Source: Candidatus Bathyarchaeia archaeon
Lineage (GTDB): Archaea > Thermoproteota > Bathyarchaeia > Bathyarchaeales > Bathycorpusculaceae
Direction: 5' to 3'
Length of the DNA: 64,000 nt
NCBI GenBank assembly: GCA_038727135.1
Contig: JAVYWL010000001.1
Span: 544,001-608,000 of the forward strand
Made by a program: the position numbers and the translations under genes. Shown in pieces: positions 60,383 to 64,000 of the stretch. A model generated the notes under the pieces. The model had not been told where the DNA came from, did no database searches, and was given only the letters and a program-made list of their open reading frames with translations. Every line of letters starts with the position of its first letter. Within the stretch, counting starts at the first letter, position 1.

Positions 60383-60642
60383 TTACCTTTGCAATAATTT
60401 TGGGGCAAGCTTTTCTATGGCGTCCTTAAGCCTATTCCATTCCTCCATGTTTCTTACATTAAACTTATGCTTTCTTTTCCAAGCGCCATCTCTCTTTTGC
60501 CAAAGATACAGTCCAATAGAGCGTCTTCCAAAAGATTCAAAGATTACTATAGCTTCCACCATTTTTCACTTTTAAAGATTGTGATATAATCTATTACTTT
60601 ATAAAATTCGGAGATAGGCAGCTTTTCGCTGGATTCTGTCAT
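60383..60642 (-). pseudogene. About 86-aa Trp-rich protein gene with a 1-nt frameshift near 60555
   Basis: MTESSEKLP...SEKWW joins EAIVIFESFGRRSIGLYLWQ...LLQR; 260 nt, one base short of 87 codons; GGAG SD. Confidence 0.65.
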
Positions 60643-60733
60643 GATATTTGCTCTCCTGCTCTCTATAGTTTCGGATAGGCTATGATTTAAGCGTTTTAAA
60701 CAGGAAAATGTAAGCGCTAAAATTTGAATATTG

Positions 60734-61954
60734 TTAGCATATTGGAATTTTACCTTGGGCTAGCTCCATGCAGAACTTGTCAATGTTCTCAAGCTCGTAT
60801 TCCAGCACAGCCTCTATCTTGCTTTTAACTTTGTCAAGCGAGCTGTTTTCTGCCATAACAACTTGGGCTGCGGCAATTGCTGGCTGATCTATTGGACGTC
60901 CAATTTCGCTTAAGAGCCATATGTAAACTTCCTCAAGTTCTGGCACCTGCTCGTAGACGTGTTGCGCCACTCTAAATGTGAGAACGTTATATATCTTTCC
61001 AACGTGGCTTACTGGGTTTTTACCGGCAGCGGCTTCTGAACAGAAGGGTCTGTTTAGGGATATTAAACCGTTTACGCGATTTCCTCTGCCCACTTGCCCA
61101 GAGTCTCCGCTGTCCGCGCTTGTTCCTAAGACGGTTAGGTATACGCCATCGATTCCTCTGCCGCGTACATCCAACGTGTTCAATTGGACGCTTATCTTTT
61201 CAAAATCTGTGTTTGCTCTAACGAATTTGTTGACTTCCTCAAGGATTTTCGCCTTTTTCTCAAAGTAATCTTCTTCGCTGCTTATGAAGCGGTCTACAAA
61301 GGCCATTGATATCGTTAAGTTTAGGTTATTGTTGTTCCGGGAACCCATAACTTTTATGTCTTCGCCAGACTCTGGATGGCGTTGCTTAAACTCTTTTGAG
61401 TTCAGGAATTGCTCTGTTTTCAGTACTATCTTCTCCGTTCTTGTCATTGGCGCATAACCAACAGCGGCGGATGTGTCGTTAGCTCCTAAAACTTTTCCTT
61501 TCCGCTTAAAAATGTCTACAAGCCCCGCTGAACCCGGTTTAAGTTCCACTTGATATTTTACGTGCTTGTCCGGATCCACAAAGCGCATGTTTTTCTTGAA
61601 CCATTCTTTAGCAACGTTTATAGCTATTTCCTCAACGTCTATTTTTATGCCGTCAAATTCTGTGGTTGCTCTGTCACCGAAAACGAAGAGCATAGGCTGC
61701 TTGACAGTGCCTCCTCCAAATCTAAGTTCAGACTGCCCGGCTACCAGAAGGGATTTATCTACATTGTGGTGGAGTATTGTGCCAGTTTTCTCCAAGTATT
61801 CTTTGCTAAGGCGTAGGGATATTTGCTCCATTACCGCGTCGCAAATGTAGTCCGGGTGCCCCAAACCTTTCCTTTCCACTATCTCTAGTCTTTGCTTCTC
61901 AAGAGGGGTCTGTTTTAATCTTTCAACTATTATGTTTCGCAAGTCGATCCTCAC
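60734..61954 (-). CDS. mat: Archaeal methionine adenosyltransferase
   Basis: [45 protein letters not shown]. Confidence 0.96.
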   Translation of the reverse strand: MRIDLRNIIVERLKQTPLEKQRLEIVERKGLGHPDYICDAVMEQISLRLSKEYLEKTGTILHHNVDKSLLVAGQSELRFGGGTVKQPMLFVFGDRATTEFDGIKIDVEEIAINVAKEWFKKNMRFVDPDKHVKYQVELKPGSAGLVDIFKRKGKVLGANDTSAAVGYAPMTRTEKIVLKTEQFLNSKEFKQRHPESGEDIKVMGSRNNNNLNLTISMAFVDRFISSEEDYFEKKAKILEEVNKFVRANTDFEKISVQLNTLDVRGRGIDGVYLTVLGTSADSGDSGQVGRGNRVNGLISLNRPFCSEAAAGKNPVSHVGKIYNVLTFRVAQHVYEQVPELEEVYIWLLSEIGRPIDQPAIAAAQVVMAENSSLDKVKSKIEAVLEYELENIDKFCMELAQGKIPIC

Positions 61955-62040
61955 TGCCAGTAAGGTTTCGGTTTATGTATAAAACGAAAATATATATTTT
62001 GCTGTATTAAATTTGCATTTGGAATAACTGGTGGTTATTA

Positions 62041-62574
62041 TTGGTAATAACAGGCTCTATGCTTAGAAAACTGCGGATAGAAGCCAAACTAACCCAGAAG
62101 AAATTAGCAGAACTTGTCGGAGTTTCACAGGCACATATCGCGAAAATTGAGCAGGAAAAGGTTGATCCGAGGCTTTCAACGGTTAATAAGATTTTAAAGG
62201 TCTTAACTGAGGGGAAAGAGGTGAAGTGTAGAGATTTGATGACGAGAGGTGTGCTTTTTGCGAGACCTGAAGATAGCATACTGAAAGTTAGCGAGATAAT
62301 GGTTAGGCACGCAATCTCTCAGATGCCAGTTATTGATGGGCGTAAAGTTGTTGGAACAATAACCGAGGAAAGCATAATTAGAAAACTGGGGTCAAACATT
62401 GCAAATGAGAAGGTTAGGAACATTATGGATCCGCCACTGCCAATAGTCTCGGAAGAAACCAGCATAAGTGCCATTCGACCGTTGCTCGAGCGGCGGCAGG
62501 GAGTTTTGGTGGCGAGAGGCAAAAAGGTTATTGGAATAATAACCCGTTCAGATCTATTGAAGACTATTGCTTAG
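62041..62574 (+). CDS. XRE-HTH + CBS-pair regulator
   Basis: LTQKKLAELVGVSQAHIAKIE...DPRLST; two CBS motifs. Confidence 0.9.
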   Translation: MVITGSMLRKLRIEAKLTQKKLAELVGVSQAHIAKIEQEKVDPRLSTVNKILKVLTEGKEVKCRDLMTRGVLFARPEDSILKVSEIMVRHAISQMPVIDGRKVVGTITEESIIRKLGSNIANEKVRNIMDPPLPIVSEETSISAIRPLLERRQGVLVARGKKVIGIITRSDLLKTIA

Positions 62575-62584
62575 GGGCTTAAAA

Positions 62585-63757
62585 ATGTCTTTGCAGGATT
62601 TTGAGCGTTACGTTACAAATGTTATTTCAATTTTAAAGAGGGAAATGCCAAAAGAGGTCATTATTGTCCATCACGATGATGCAGATGGCTTATGTTCAGG
62701 GGCAATAACCCAGAAGGCTTTGGAACGGGAAGGAGTAAAGGCGGAAACTTTCTGTCTGGAGAAAGTCTACGAAGAAGTGATTAAAGATATGCATTCGAAG
62801 ACTGAGCGAACAATTTTTTATGTGGATATAGGCTCTTCACATGCAGACCTAATATCCGAATTCAATAAGGGGCGAAACCTAACTATAATACTAGACCATC
62901 ACGATCCAAAGGTATCCAAAGATCCTAAAGTTTTGGATTTAAACCTAGAAAATTTTGGCTTTAAAGGCGAAACAGATTTTTCCGGATCTACATGCTGCTA
63001 CCTTTTTGCTAAAGCCCTAAATCAAGAAAACTGTGATTTAAGCTACTTGGCTCTTGTGGGAGGTTGCGAAATCCCTAATGGCTTCAAGGCGATTAACGAG
63101 ATTATTTTGGAGGAATCCTTAAAAACCGGAGTGGTTCGGAAAAAAGGGAAGAATCTTGAAATTGCAAAACTGGGGGTCAATGTAGATGCTTTGTTTTCGA
63201 AACTTCAAATTTTAGGCGCTGTTGGCTATTATGAAGATGGTCCTGATTTAGGTATAAGGGCATGCTTAGAAGGGATAAGCCCAGAAATAGAGGAGAAAAT
63301 TAATGTTTTAGAAGAGAGGCGGAAAGAGGCCAACCGCAAGCTATTGGGGATGTTATACCGTGAGAAACTTAAGGAGACAGAGCACATCCAATGGTTTGAC
63401 GCTGGAGACATATACGCTGGTATGGGAACAAAGGTTGTTGGACAATTCTGCTCCTTCCTTTCCTATCAAGCACGGCTAGTAAAGCCTAACAAGTACATAC
63501 TGGGCTTTGTTAACGTGCCACCGGAGATACCTAAATGGGGAAGACTTAAGGAAAAATTTGTGAAGGCGTCCGTTCGTGTTCCTAAACCCATGCAAGAATT
63601 AATTGATAGCGGAAAACTGCCAGGCGCCGTTAACCTTTTAGAGAGGGCCTCTGAAGGTTTCGGAATGGCTGATGGTCATCAATACGCTGCAAACGTCGTC
63701 TTGCCAGCGAACAGAAAAATGGAGCTACTAGAAAACGCTGAGAAGATTATAAAGTAA
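62585..63757 (+). CDS. DHH family phosphoesterase (RecJ-like)
   Basis: HHDDADG, DIG, LDHH, DGH-YAA. Confidence 0.88.
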   Translation: MSLQDFERYVTNVISILKREMPKEVIIVHHDDADGLCSGAITQKALEREGVKAETFCLEKVYEEVIKDMHSKTERTIFYVDIGSSHADLISEFNKGRNLTIILDHHDPKVSKDPKVLDLNLENFGFKGETDFSGSTCCYLFAKALNQENCDLSYLALVGGCEIPNGFKAINEIILEESLKTGVVRKKGKNLEIAKLGVNVDALFSKLQILGAVGYYEDGPDLGIRACLEGISPEIEEKINVLEERRKEANRKLLGMLYREKLKETEHIQWFDAGDIYAGMGTKVVGQFCSFLSYQARLVKPNKYILGFVNVPPEIPKWGRLKEKFVKASVRVPKPMQELIDSGKLPGAVNLLERASEGFGMADGHQYAANVVLPANRKMELLENAEKIIK

Positions 63758-63769
63758 TTTTAATAATCC

Positions 63770-64000
63770 TCAAAATCCCGCCTTTACTGGGTTACGTGGT
63801 TTCATAAGCTCTCTTAAAAATGCTGTGGCATATGATCCGCGGTGTAAAGTAAAGCTTATTTTCGCCATGTTTCTTCGCGGATTAGCATGGTCTCTGGATA
63901 TTTCCTCCACTCTAAAATCTTTTAATGTTGTTAAAGCTGTGCGTAAACCGCCTTTTAGGCTCAGTTCTGGCATTCCCTTTATCTTAAAGTTCTCGGGAGC
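63770..64000 (-). CDS. truD: tRNA pseudouridine(13) synthase TruD, C-terminal part
   Basis: G-LR...FTLHRGSYAT-FLRELMK. Confidence 0.88.
   Translation of the reverse strand, partial: APENFKIKGMPELSLKGGLRTALTTLKDFRVEEISRDHANPRRNMAKISFTLHRGSYATAFLRELMKPRNPVKAGF

Noticed and set aside
1-64000. CRISPR array, rRNA or IS transposase
   Set aside because: No regularly spaced repeats, rRNA-like sequence or transposase motifs seen.

Overview
Archaeal chromosomal window with TACK-type gene content. Bathyarchaeia is the most likely source, inferred from Fae-Hps, a Cren7-like gene, non-canonical tRNA introns and the ribosomal gene order. Most of it is housekeeping: ribosomal proteins, RNA polymerase subunits, aIF2-gamma, TFB, ppsA, fbp, purF/purD, aspS, sucCD and mat. 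It also holds four tRNAs (two with 31-nt introns in the anticodon stem), a C/D-box sRNA and a scrambled subtilase pseudogene. The standout is a 4,774-bp AT-rich, almost CpG-free integrated element (12218-17013) bounded by a 22-bp direct repeat inside the first codons of an APS-kinase-like gene rather than a tRNA. Joining its ends rebuilds an in-frame N-terminus for its tyrosine integrase, an SSV1-like split-integrase arrangement. The element also supplies a replacement start codon to the host gene. Its cargo includes a PD-(D/E)xK-like protein, a hidden PCNA-binding PIP box, a LIM-like zinc finger and a hairpin-rich candidate origin, with no recognisable Rep or capsid gene. All calls come from reading the sequence by eye; no searches were run.
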